From Trichoplax adhaerens (Eukaryota > Animalia > Placozoa): a stretch of DNA of 64,000 bases. The number at the start of each line of letters is the position of its first letter. Positions within the stretch are counted from its first letter, which is position 1. The notes under the pieces are model-generated. The model made no database searches. It saw nothing but the letters and a program-made list of their open reading frames with translations, and was not told the origin of the DNA. The stretch lies in the NCBI RefSeq assembly GCF_000150275.1, contig NW_002060947.1, positions 8,045,880 through 8,109,879 of the forward strand, given 5' to 3'. Positions 1-13,680 of this stretch are shown here, one piece after another. A program made the position numbers and the translations under genes.

Positions 1-3000
1 CCGGTTCAACCGTCGTAAAAATATTTCTTTACTATTTTAAATTATTTCAAGCTCTAAGAATGTGCAATGAAGGTTAATTTTTAGAATATTCCTTCAAGTT
101 CTTGTATTATAATTATTTTAGCTTAGTTTTTGTATCATGATAAGTATTCTAGCTTTAAAAAAAGTATAATTTATTCGGTTGATTGCAAAGGTAGATTTTA
201 CTTAGTATCTTAGTATATTGTAAACCCGACTGCTTTATTCGGACTAGAAGTTAAGATAATCCGTAGCATAATTTTTGTTAACAATCAGATAATATAATTT
301 TGTAATTTAAGCGATGCATTTAGTTAATAGAATATATGTGTGTTAATTTTGATCATTAATTACAGTAGAAGTTAATGTTACTTTGTAATTTCATACAGTA
401 TGAACCCAAAACATTTGATCTGGAATTGTTATTTTGTCTTAGTGTATACTGTAGAAATGTATAGTTTCAAGCTAAACTATACTTAGTATTAATTCAGTAG
501 TTTTCGGGAATCTAGGGTATAATTTATCTTATCATGTATGTTTGATTGCTAGTTTAATTTGGAGTGCTTAGGAATGATAGTTGGATAGTCTAACACCACC
601 AATTGCTCTACGTAGCATATAAAAGGTGGCGTAGTTCGGTAATTGAGAGTAATTGAAGTTAGAGAAGACGAGAAAAGTGCAGGATGATCGTGAGTTACCT
701 CACTAATTGATAGTTTGGTTGGTTGGTTGGGGCAGTAGCTCTGCCCCATTTTGTTATCCATAGAAGTTTTGCTAAGATTGTTGTTAAAGCTATAATTAAG
801 TGGTGTTCTTCCCCTAATTTGTTTTGTTAGGACTTCAGTTGTTGGTAGTTTAATTTAATATAGAAAGTTTTATTATTTTTGAATCTAATGCTACTAATGG
901 ATTAACATAACGCGAGAAACTTTGGCAATCACTTCCCTTTATAGCCTTCGAAAAGGCTTTATTTCAAGATTTTGCCCTTCAGCATATATTAGATGCTGCA
1001 CATTTTATTCTTTCTTGCAAATATAATTACTATAAGATCCTCGCATTGATTATGTAAGATATAGATGTTGACATAGATAACATAATCATTAATGACATAA
1101 TTTTTTAGCGTCGCCTGGTCAAGAATTTGAATGATATTTCAACAGAGGGCTTAAGGTGACGATTAAAAGCTAAACTATGTTTTTACTTTTAAATTTATGA
1201 AAATTTATCAGGTTAACATACGTCTATGCGCGTTTGCTCTTAGAGGAGTATGTTGCGGCTTAAGTAGAGGGTTCATCTCTTCATATTTAGAGGTAAACGA
1301 ATAGCTCCGTTAGCAGTACAGCGTTGATAATATAGTTTATAGCGTTTTTATTACGAATCTATACGAGAATGTGTAGCAGTTTCGGCTAATTACAGTAGTA
1401 ATGGAAGTACGCTGGCATTAAGAAGTAGAATAGTCGACTATGCTTATAATGTAATTTCATTATTGCTCATGATGAAATAGTGGAGTTATACTATTGGTAC
1501 TATGCATGCATAAGGTCATAAGAGACAGCTATATAAGGTGATATTTTTGTGTAATGTCTTAATCTAACTGTTAGATAATATTGAATTGTTATCGAGGAGA
1601 TTAAGCCAATTATCCGGTTTATCTTAGCCACTTTCTGCTGTCATTATGAGTGTAGAAAAGTGGATTCTTCTCTTGTCAAGCTATCTATAGCATTAATAAA
1701 CGATACATTTAAGGTTAAACAAGGTGTACCTAATCTTGTGTCACGTTAGAGATTTACTCAATTTTAATAACTCAGATTTTGAGATAGGCATTTACGAACC
1801 TAATATGAAGATTTAACATCACTCAAGATGTAACTAATAATAACCATCTAACGTTTAAGGTTATTGTCTGCCAAAAGTCAGACACATAACAATCATTAAT
1901 GATCAATATGTTTGATCATACAACTCTGACTGTAACTTAATTCTAAACTAGAACGAGGAACAGAGCTTAGTAACAGCTAGGTACTTTAATAAATAACTAT
2001 TTAAAACATTTTAATAGGTATCTGAGCGTATGCACGTATGTTATTTAGTGTAATATACGCATGTGGTACATTATTCAATTATATTACCAAAGACCGATTT
2101 TTACTCTATAGACAGTCCGTTAGTACATCCCAATGGAATGTAGGAAATAGCTAAACATCTGTATATAATCTGTACGAAAAATTTATTATCACTGAAAGTG
2201 TCTACATACATGTGAGTATTGATTCAAAATTTTTATTATAGCATTTAAGTGAGCTTACGAGTATAAATGAATATTAAATTATCTTCAAGTACTTAAATAC
2301 TTTATCAATTTATTTTATCTTACCTTTCTCTTATTTATCTTAACTTTATCTTAAAGTACTTTATCAATTGATATATTAATATCTGTTCCTTTAAATTAGA
2401 CTATTACTAAGTTTATATTGTAAAGATATCATACGGTTCTACGCTTTACGGCCATCGACAATTATATAGATAGTAAGGTAATAGGAAACCATTTTCTATT
2501 CATCTCTATCAATAGCTAAACCTCCAAGTATGGATTCTACATATCATGGATCCTAATTAATAATATGAAATCATTCGTATGAACATTTTCTCGATTGCTA
2601 TTATTCATATCTTTTCCGCAAATTAATGCTTCATCAGATAGACGCATACTGTAAAGGTAATAAGAAAAATTACTTTTGATTCATGTACCAATTGCTAACC
2701 CTTCCAAAATAGATTACATCACCGGGCCTAGTTACAGATTGAATTTTAACCTTGTGACTCAAACAGGATTGTCGTTCTCATATAGCAACCTGTATGGATG
2801 GATGTATACAAAGGAACATCACCTATCCGGACAAGATTTTTCATATTTTAATAGCATTTTTATATATCCTTTGGTAGAAAATTAGTTTTTGATAACGGCA
2901 GAGTAAACTTGAATAATAACAGGATAGGCTAAGATTAAAAGACTGCTATTAACGGCTTTAGAAATGAATATTAGTTGGGCTGAATTGTAGCTAGTACATG

Positions 3001-4184
3001 ATCGATTTATATTATGTTCAATCACGTCCTAGTAGAGCATGACTTAGTATGGTGTTTCTGCAAGTGTTACATCATACTACTAGACTGCAATTTGAAGGAT
3101 TTGTCGCCTATTTACTGTAGGATACGTTGAAAACAAATACTGCTTATACTACAAAATAAATCAACTGTTATCCTACATACTAAACTATATATAGTCAATC
3201 GATTTTTGTGTTGACTTTTTCGACAAATTAAGGTATAGTACTAAATGTTTAAGGGTAAAGTTGGAATTAGGGTACTTTAACCTTGGATTTCTTACCAATC
3301 ACCTCGATACGGAAAAAAAGAAAATCAAGTGACTAATAGGGGGAAGAGTTGGACAAAAGCTTTAAAATTATTCCACGTACAAGAGAGACACAATTTGCAA
3401 GGTAGGAGCTTGAGTTTTCGAAAAATATTATTTCTTTTTGTTGATTTTTTAGCTAGAGAGATCTCTAGCTGTGACAACCATTGGCAATGTATCGTTTCCA
3501 TATTTCACTAGGACGTGTCCATTGCAGCAGATTTAAATCATATTCCATGTCATGATGATCATTTTGATTCTTTTTGGATTTGCTGATATTATTGATAAGC
3601 CAAGGCTGCATTACTTTATATTAGTCCCAGATCGGTTCAAAATTATTAATTTTACTTTTGCCAGATAAATAGTTTAATTCGTTTAGCCAATTTGCTTCTT
3701 AAGATAGTCCGCATACGAACAAGACTTCATTAATATCGTTTATATTACTTGTTATTATTATCATTTAGAAGTAAACACAGTATTGTAATAGGCTGATACA
3801 ATTCTATCCACTAAAACATAACTTAGCAGTTGATTTTTATAATTAAGCTATTTCTGATCTGCTTTTTGTAGATTTAATGATTTTACATGATCACATATCG
3901 ATGCAATCTATGATTTCTATGATATAATGCTGATTGCGTGAATTGTAACAGCTTTAAACATCCTACGATTTAGATGACACAGAAGTGCCAGCTTATTAAT
4001 ACTTTTAGATACGACCTATTTCACTTTTAGTTATAATTAGTAATGATAGAAAAGATCAAGGTCGTATTTTATCGTATTGAAATAGTATGCGGTACTGTAT
4101 AAACTAGATAAGAGTGCAAGATTACCAATTTTCTCTAGATAGCACTTGTTGTAGTATAAACCCGAATTGCTAAAAGTAATATAT

Positions 4185-4340
4185 AATACATTCAATGAGC
4201 TCATAAAAATGATCAAAATAATTCAAAATTTCTGCATTTATATTTGCCGTTCTTGTCTTAGCTTAATACATTCAGTGAGTTCATGGAACGAAAAAAATAA
4301 TTCACAATTTTTGCATTTGTATTTGCTGTTCTTTTCTTAA
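4185..4340. repeat. Two-copy ~79 bp direct repeat immediately upstream of the CYP copy 1 start
   Basis: AATACATTCAATGAGCTCAT...AATAATTCAAAATTTCTGCATTTATATTTGCCGTTCTTGTCTTA is followed by AATACATTCAGTGAGTTCAT...AATAATTCACAATTTTTGCATTTGTATTTGCTGTTCTTTTCTTA. Confidence 0.85.
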
Positions 4341-4397
4341 CAGACTGATTGCGAAACTAGATTGAAATTGAGGATAAACACGATTCAGTAGTCCAAG

Positions 4398-7221
4398 ATG
4401 TTGCAACGTTTACCAAGAATTAATCTTTATCTTCCTGGAGCACAAAGAGTGTTTGGTAGATTAATCATGCAATCAAAAACTGCCACAACAACTGCGATAC
4501 CTGAGGAAGAAGAGAAAATAGCCGATGCTAAGCCTTTCAGTGAAATACCTGGTCCCAAACTTTATCCCATCATTGGAAACTTGTTGACCTTAATTAAAAA
4601 TAATGGCTACCATCAAAAAAGACCCCATCTATTGTATTCGAGTTACAGGCAAAAATATGGCCCCATCTTTAGGGACAAGATTGTTAATATGAAATTATTA
4701 TTTGTAACTACACCAGAAGACTTTGCAACTGTTTTCAAGGCAGAAGGAAAATATCCTGATAGAGGACCAACAATGCCGTGGATTGTTTATCGTGAACAAC
4801 GAAAAAAGGCTAAAGGTGTCTTAATCGGGTAATGGATATTGTAAGATTTTTAAGCATGCTTTGGTATGAATAGCAATTAAACATTGGATAGAAATAAATG
4901 TGTGCATCTATAAACTTTATTTGCTATGGATAGTATCCAAAAGTTGAATTCAAGTCGTTTGCATGCAACCTAGGTTATTACTTGGATGATTTTTCAACCT
5001 CCTGTTAATTGCATAGAAAATGACAGATTGAAAAAGTTGTAGTCTACTTTCACCTCAAATGATGGAAATTAGGAGTATAATTTAATTTAATAAAACATTC
5101 TTATGTCCATCTTATCTTAAATAGCTCGTATAACACTGTCGATAATATACATACAGCCATGATGACTATTGGATTACTAATCAAAATAGAATGCATACTT
5201 TAACTTTAACATCCAAATTGACAAAATCAATCTCATGCTGTCTATTTTTTGAATATCTTCATAGTAAAGGCGAAGAATGGCGAAAATCACGAAGTGTGAT
5301 GGATAAAAAACTTCTTAAAATGAAGGACGTTAGTGCCTATAGTGGAAGAATGAATGAAGTCATCTCAGATCTAATATCTCATATAAAGCGAAAACAAATT
5401 GAAGATAATCTGAATGGAGAATTAAGCAATCTGCAGAATGCAATATATAAATGGTCATTTGAGAGTACGTAAGAAATCTCTTACTTCATACTTAGATTTG
5501 GACCTAGATAGAGCGACAATCTTCTAAAAATGTATTGATGAAAAGGCAAACTACTTCATAGATTTGAAGATGTTTATTGTCGATTGATTTTCAAATGTTA
5601 TTGCAATATATTACCTAAAGTAGAAGGAATAATGCCAAATCTTAAATACTATTCGTAAGAGAGCTGACGTATCATTTCTATTAAAACTCTAGCAATTAAT
5701 AGTGTCTTATTTAGTAAACGGCTTGGAGCATTCAATGATCCCCCAACTCCTATAGCAGAAAAATTTTATAAAAGTGTCTGCAGCGTGTTGAATATTACTG
5801 GTAACCTAGTGCTAATGCCACCATTTTACAAATATTTCAAGACCAAGCAATGGAAAGAATATTGTAGTTATTGGGATACATTATTTGAGATCGGTGGTAA
5901 ATTAATTGATGAAGAACGCAATCGATTATTATCGAGCGGACTTGATCTTTCGAAGAAGCTTGAGAGTAATCACCGGACTGAAGATATGGAATTTTTGCCC
6001 TATGTTTTATCCCGTGGGGAATTAAGTGATGAAGAAATCACCGGCAATGTCATTGAACTGATGGGAGGAGGTGTTGATACAGTAAGTTATCTTTCTATGA
6101 TTGCTTTATTTAGATGTTTTATCTCGAGAGTGGGATATTTTTAAAAAGATATACCGTAAAATACTGAGAATAAACTAGTTTAGCTATTTTTTAGCGTTAT
6201 ATCTCTTCTTTCTTTAATCTTACGTGAAATATTCGTAAGTAATCAGTTGTAATCAAATGAATCTTCCTCAGTCTTCTTCGTTTTATCACCATAAAATTAA
6301 TTGGCTATAGCAATTGTTGTAATTTTTGATTTACTTTCAGTCTGCAAATACGATTATGTGGGTGCTGTATATATTAGGCAAAAATCCTGATATTCAAGAA
6401 AAGTTATATCAAGAAGTCAGTAGTGTACTTAAAAATGGACAATTTCCTGATAGCCAAAGCGTACAGAAAATGCCTTACTTGAAAGGAGTCATAAAAGAAA
6501 GCGAAAGGTGTTTAAAATGATTTTGGGATGAAATTGGCTGTAAATTATTTGTCCGACTAATTAGCTGTACGTCATCGATTATTAGATTATACCCTGTATT
6601 GATTGCGACATCGCGTATTCTAGCTCAAGATGTTGTGCTAAGTGGATATCATGTCCCTGCCGAGGTATAATTGTAAATCACGACGGTATAATGTACATAC
6701 ATCTACATATATTTGCGTATATATATATATATATATTAACACTTCTTTTTTGTAATTTTAATTTCAAATATATCCGTTGTTGTTGTATATTTTGAATAAC
6801 AGACTAGAGTTTACATGATGATGCATCTTGCAGCAAGAGATGAATCGATTTTTGATGAAGCAACAAAGATTAAGCCAGAACGATGGATACGATCATCGTC
6901 CTCACAACGTAAACGTAATCCATTTAGCTTTATCCCGTTCGGTTTTGGGCCTAGAATGTGCATTGGAAGACGTATCGCTGAATTAGAAATGGAAATACTA
7001 ATTGCTAGAGTATGTTTTTCTCTAATTAAAAATTGATTATAATATATATTAGTAATTATTAAAATAAATTATTTTACATCTAATACTATTTATGTCTTAA
7101 TAATTAGTTGATTTCGGAATTTCGTATTGACTGTCGTAATGAAAAGGAAGTCGGAGTAACGTTTAGATTGGTAGCATCTCCTGATCAGGATATTCGTATC
7201 GCATTTCAACAAAGAAATTAA
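4398..7221 (+). CDS. Cytochrome P450, mitochondrial clan (CYP11/24/27-like), copy 1, 7 exons, intact
   Basis: Exons 4398-4828, 5265-5464, 5693-6081, 6341-6507, 6586-6664, 6803-7009 and 7108-7221 join in frame with GT-AG introns. The protein has an Arg-rich N-terminal transit-like peptide with no TM anchor, a PGP..P.IG hinge, GEEW..R (helix C), GGVDT (helix I), MPYLKGVIKESER (ExxR), PERW, and the heme signature FGFGPRMCIG. Confidence 0.93.
6706..6736. repeat. Short interrupted (TA)n microsatellite in CYP copy 1 intron 5
   Basis: catatatttgcgtatatatatatatatatatt. Confidence 0.7.
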
Positions 7222-7934
7222 AATGTGACTGCGAGTAAAGACGCGATAATGATATCTTTATATTCACTTAATTTCGACTCATCCCATTATAAACGGAAGA
7301 TGTCTAGGATGGTATTAAATAATTAAACTCTAAACTGCTATAAACTAGCAATACCTAACTTATCGTTAATTTACCCTGCAATATATCTTAATAATTAATT
7401 GGAGTATAAATTATCCCTCTTTAGTGAGGCAGTGATTTCCTAATAGTCTAATAGTTTAATACCAAATACTTTAAGTGTAAAAATTACGTTCCTTTAGGAA
7501 GCTTATGATTCTTCGTATTTTATATGATAGAATATAATGTACACACTAGAATGGTGCGACATAAGCGCATAGTGTACGTAAAACACTTGCTATAACAATA
7601 TAGCAATAAGATCGTATTGACTAACTTGCAAATTATTCAAACTTTTTAGTCCCCTTTTACGATAAATACATTGCGAAATTTGATTTAATAAAAAAAGCTG
7701 CAACCTGTCGATCTACGAATATTTATTGCTAGCGGAAATTGATTCAGGAATATACATTAGTGCAAGGTTTATGATAACTTTAATTAATGGCATACTAGAC
7801 TATCAGTATGCAATTTGTCTTAATATTTTGCTTGCGAATAAAAGTCTCTTTATAGATTTAAGCGACAGAAATACATTACAGCAATAATAATTTGTTATCG
7901 TAATTCAACATGCTTGGGTTATGTCATGAAGGCA

Positions 7935-8700
7935 ATAAATCTACTTGTCTCACTGTTGTGTACAATACAGTTATCATAATGTGCTATGCGATTCGACATC
8001 ACTTCTTTTTCTTTCCTCTGTTGTTCAAACTTATAGGTAGAAATGAATTAAACTTGTATAACTTAATAATTGCTTCCATTCTTGTCATAGTTTATGAATT
8101 AGCCATTTAACTAGATTTACTATATATTGTAAAGATATCGTCCTTTGATATATCATTATCAACGGACACATAGATAGTAAAAGTAACGGAAAATCCTTTT
8201 GCCTCGTTATTAATAGCTAATCCCATCCATATTGATTAAATTATGCTGGAATTCCTCATTGAGCTATAAATCTATGACTTGTGATTCAAATAGAGGCAGT
8301 TACTTTATCTAGTATGCTGTGTAGTTATATCTGCAAACAGTATAAATAATATGCTGATGAGGTTTATATATCCAATATTGTATCTTGTAGATATGATATA
8401 GAAACTATTTCTTATCAAAAAGCAGGATCAAACTGAAATAAATTATAGCAACAAAAATTAAATATCGTAATTAAAAATACTTGGATTATGCCATGATTGT
8501 AATCAATCTACTTGTCTCACTATTGTGCACAATTTAGAATCTGTTATTAACTATGTAATTTGACATCACTTCTTTTCTTCTTCTCTTTTATCGTTCAAAT
8601 ATATAGGTAGAAATGAATTATGTAGACTTGTATGATTAAATAATTTCTTACGTTCATGCTATAGTCAGTAAATTAGCTGTTTTACTAGATTTACTACTGT
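7935..8700. repeat. Direct duplication of a ~190 bp non-coding segment (7935-8120 vs 8505-8695)
   Basis: Shared blocks AATCTACTTGTCTCACT.TTGTG.ACAAT, GACATCACTTCTTTT, TATAGGTAGAAATGAATTA and ACTAGATTTACTA. Confidence 0.8.
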
Positions 8701-10679
8701 CACTCACAGGAGTAATCCCATTGACTACTCTCTTCTAATGTGAGTGATCAACTAACTTACTAGCTACTTAGTCACTCCAAGTAACTACGGAGAGATACTG
8801 TAAGTAAGACTAACAATTTCCTCACAAGTATAATAAGCGGCTTGTTGTAAGATTAGTTTTATGAGTTTTTACTTCTATTCATACAACGAAAATATAGTAC
8901 CTTGTCGTACACTAGAGAAGTATCAACTGAGCGATATATTTTCTGCTCGGGCTTATATACAGCCGCTACACGTAGGTGGTGCAAAGTTCGATACATCATT
9001 ATTAACGGACTCAGAGGCAGTTGAAATAAAGTGAAATAGAAAATTCTTTTTACCTCTTTATTAACAACTAATCTCATCCATATAGCTAAAATTATGCCGA
9101 AAGCCCTAGTTAATTATTAAAAATTTACATATAATTCAATCAGAGACCGCTAGTATATGTAGCATGATGTACAGGTATATTTACAAAGAGTATAAATTAT
9201 ATTTCTGATGGGGTTTATTTACTCAACTGTGAATCAAATTGTCGAGAAGTGACGTTAGGTCACATTAATGTTGATACGAAGTTGTACGAATGTCTAATAA
9301 ATTAGTAAGTACAGGATAATACGCTCAAACTAGAACCTATCGTAATATTGCAAGCTATTTATTATACAGAAATATACAATATATATTGTATATATGCATA
9401 TATGTAGAGTTTATTTTGTATCAAAATCAGAATCAAAACTGAATAAAACAGAATATGGCAAGACAAAAAGGTGCCAAGAAATATTTTTTAGGGCAAAAAT
9501 GATTCATTAAATTGCATAATTGATTGAGTAAATCGACTTTCGTTACGCCCATGCATTGCTCATTAGGATATAACTTAGTATGGCTATACTACAATGCTTG
9601 TACGCGTATAATATTAAAATGATTGTGATTGGAAGGATTGATAGGCTATTTACTGCATAATTTATTCCAAAATAAAACAATACGGTAGTATTTGGATACC
9701 ATTAACTTTCATACTAAATCATTTCTAATCTACTGTTAGTTTTCAGTGACTTGAATACGGTATATTGCACTATCTGAGACATAAGCGTAGATCTACTTGA
9801 ACTTTGGATATTCAAATCAGTTAGCTCAATCAGGAGAAGGGAGGGAATGCAAAACTGAAACTTCGGTAAAACTTGAAGATTGTAAGAAGACAAGCAAGAG
9901 AACTCAATTGAATAAGTGTAATCGTGTACTAGACATTATAGTAAATGAAATAAATAATATCTATTTCTTAGCTATCCTGTATATATACGTTATACAAGAT
10001 TGAACTACTTACCATCAGGAGAGAGGTATGCGATTATGTTTAGTTTTACATTTTTAGCTGAGATTTGTTTATTTCTTCCATAAAATCATCGCAATCGATT
10101 TGTTAACGTTATCCATTAGCCACTATTACATTCTATAGCACTATACTGATCCCAATTCTATTTAAAATTACTGTTTCTGCTTTTGCTAAGTATGTGAGTT
10201 TTATTTCTAGAATCAAACTAACTTAGAAATGTATCCTTTATACATTATAATCAAGCCTTTATACATAGTATTCACACTCATTATCGATCTTTCATATCGC
10301 CTATTTCCTCATCAAAATTATAACCACTGATTTTAAAATCGAAATGATTCAATATATTGACGATTTGTTGATTTTGAAGATCACTTGGACTACATTTACG
10401 AATGAATAGTTGATTACTTTGTGCACTCACCTTATAAGTTATAGGCTGACTATAGATATTATCTTGCATTACTAAATGCAATTTCATGCTAATTACTATT
10501 TTGTAGATATTACTTGCTTTTCCTATTAGTTATAGATGAGAGGTGTCAGCTTTACTTATATCCGAGAGATCATCAAATTCCATATTATTTTTCATTTATT
10601 TCATTTGTATTTTCAGTTCTTATTGGACTAAACTGGATAATAAACTAGATAACAACTGGGGAATAAATACGATTTGGCA

Positions 10680-13600
10680 ATGATGATGCTATCCTATTTG
10701 CCAAGGAATACTTGTTATACTTTTGGAGCACATAGACTACCAGGCAGATTAGTCTTACAATCGACTGCTGCTACAAATGTAAAGCCTCATGAAAAAGAGA
10801 AAATAGCTAAAGCTAAACCTTTCAGTCAAATGCCTGGACCTAAACTGTATCCCATTATAGAAAGCTTATGAACTTTTATCAAGAATAATGGTTACTATCA
10901 GAAAAGACCTCATTTATTACATACCAAATATTGTCAAAAATACGGTCCTATTTTTAGGGATAAGATTGTTAATGTTGATATGATATTTGTATCAACACCG
11001 GAAGATTTCGCTACCGTTTTCAAGGCAGAAGGAAAGTACCCGGATAGAGGACCAATATGGCCATGGGTCGTTTACCGCGAACAACGAAAAAAATCCAAAG
11101 GCGTCTTAATCGGGTAATAGAGAGCGTTGCTATTAGAACTGTCCTTTCATTGAAATAAGTTGAAAGCATCTACTACATGAATGTTAATTTCCACCGATAT
11201 TTATTTTTCTAATGTAATCTTCCTTCAAGAATACGTTATATTACGCCTTTGCCTATCTTCAAGATAATAAATAACTGTACTTTAATTGAAATTGATTAAC
11301 ACTTTACTAGGTAGACTATTCAATGAACCGATAAAAACATTAGTAAAGTAATACAAACATCACTAATAGTATTCAAGCTATTCTGGCGTAATCTAGAGTT
11401 CTACTTGGATAATATTACAGTGTAAAACACGTTTGAAAAGTGCACTGACAAATTATATGAAAACATGACAAAATGTCAATCTGAAGGCTTAAAATATGCC
11501 ATACTAGGTGTCTTGTCATAAATTGAATGAAATACGATAGCCTAAGATTTGAAATCTTAAATAACTATTTATAGATGCAATAGACTATCGCAATGACCAA
11601 AAAAGGTGACAATGATTTTTGTTGATTAGTATAAATCCATTACAGAGTTTATCTGCCAGTTTTACTAAACTAAGATTACTCTATTTACTCTAAAATAAAT
11701 TAAAGTAAGGGCGAAGAATGGCGAAAATCGAGAAGTGTGATGGATAAGAAACTACTTAAAATGAAAGATGTCAGCGCCTATAGTGAAAGAATGAATCGGG
11801 TTATCTCTAATCTAATATTGTATATAAAACGAAAACAAATAGAAGATAATCTCAACGGAGAATTAGGCAATCTGCAAGATTCATTATACAAGTGGTCATT
11901 TGAAAGTAAGATATTCCTCAACTTAATTTGTGGTAGTAGTCGAATTTCAGTTTACCTTACTATCTATTAAGTAACTATTAATTATATTTAAAAAGGCTTT
12001 GTTTAATGTAGTAGTCAATTAGCTTGCAATTATTATGATATATTATATAAATCCGCAAAAGATAACACCAGAGAAAACTATAAATGTTCCACTTGGAAGT
12101 ATTCAATACTAATCTATTTCTTTTATTGAAATGATAGCCATTAATAGCGTTTTATTTAGTAAACTACTTGGAGCATTTAATGAGCCTCCTACTCCTATTG
12201 CCGAAAAATTCTATAAGAATGTCTGTAGTATGATGAATGTTACTGGTCAACTTATTTTAATGCCACCATATTACAAGTATATCAAGACGAAGCAATGGAA
12301 AGAATATTGCGGTTACTGGGATACATTATTTGAGATTGGTGGTCAATTAATCGATGAAGAACGTAATCGATTATTATCTAGAGGATTTGATCTATCAAGT
12401 AAGCTCGAGAATAGTCGAATGACTGAAGATATGGAATTTTTACCATATGTATTATCACGTGGAGAATTAAATGATGAAGAAATCGCTGGTAATATTATCG
12501 AATTGATGTTAGGGGGTGTCGATACGGTAAGTAAGTTACCTTACTGCAAGTACATAGTTTAAGTGTTTTTATTTCCAGAATGAAATGTATTTTGAGATGG
12601 AAATAATGTAAATTACTAGAAATAAAGTATCATAGTCTATGTAATTCTATATCAAATCATTTTCTTATTAAATTTAATGTGGAATCATAAAAGAAAAACT
12701 ATGGTACTTTACTTATAGTAATGAACATTATTTCTATCTAAAAAATTATAGTCGAGTTCGCTTTCTGTAGTCTATTACGATTGCGCTCTCATAGAATATT
12801 TTTATAATATTCTACTTCAATTTTCAGTCTGCCAATACGATAATGTGGGTACTATATATTTTGGGCAAGAATCCTAATATTCAAGAAAAGTTATATAAAG
12901 AAGTTAGCAGTGTATTGAAAGATGGGCAATTTCCTGATAGTCATAGCGTTCAGAAAATGCCTTACTTAAGAGGAGTAATTAAAGAAAGTCAACGGTAGTG
13001 TAATAGAAGCTATTTTAATAAGACATGAGTAAACATGACTTGATTGATTAATAATATAATTAATTAATTACTACATTTGTAAATTAGATTATATCCTGTG
13101 CTGCTTGCAACAGCTCGTATCCTATCGCAAGATGTAGTATTAAGCGGATATCATGTTCCTGCTAAGGTAAAAATTAATTGTTTACTATTTCTTTTCGATT
13201 CATACTAGATATTTCTTAACATTGCAGTTAGAAATGATTTTATATTAATAACGGCGTATAAGCTTTGTCATGGACAAGAGTTACCACTATGATGTTTCTG
13301 TTGTCGAGAAATGAATCTATCTTTGAAGAAGCAATAAAGGTTAAGCCCGAACGATGGATTCGATCATCGCCATCATCGCAACGTCAACGTAATCCATTTA
13401 GTTTTATTCCTTTTGGTTTTGGGCCTAGGATGTGCATTGGAAGACGTATAGCAGAATTAGAAATGGAGTTACTAATCGCAAGGGTATTCATATTTTTGTC
13501 TTATTACGATCTTGGTGAAATTATAATCGTTGTAAGTACTCGTTTATTCATTTATACTATTTGTAGTTAATTTCGGAATTTCGAATTAATTGTCGTAATG

Positions 13601-13680
13601 AAGAAGAAGTCGGAGTGACGTATAGATTGGTAGCATCTCCTGATCGAGATATTCGAATCGCATTCGAAGAGAGAAACTAA
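10680..13680 (+). pseudogene. Cytochrome P450 mitochondrial clan, copy 2 (tandem duplicate), probable pseudogene or null allele
   Basis: Same 7-exon layout as copy 1 (10680-11113, 11706-11905, 12138-12526, 12828-12994, 13088-13166, 13274-13483, 13567-13680), with P450 motifs retained. There is an in-frame TGA at 10869-10871 (IIESL*TFIKNNGY vs IIGNLLTLIKNNGY in copy 1), and the exon-6 acceptor reads ..tcatGG (13272-13273) instead of AG. Confidence 0.8.

Noticed and set aside
549-3511. Short ORFs at 549-761, 2676-2885 and 3329-3511
   Set aside because: No recognisable motifs or exon chain; consistent with chance ORFs.
10869-10871. In-frame TGA in CYP copy 2 as selenocysteine or programmed read-through
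   Set aside because: It aligns to Leu, not Cys, in copy 1; no SECIS was recognised; and a second independent splice lesion points to pseudogenisation.
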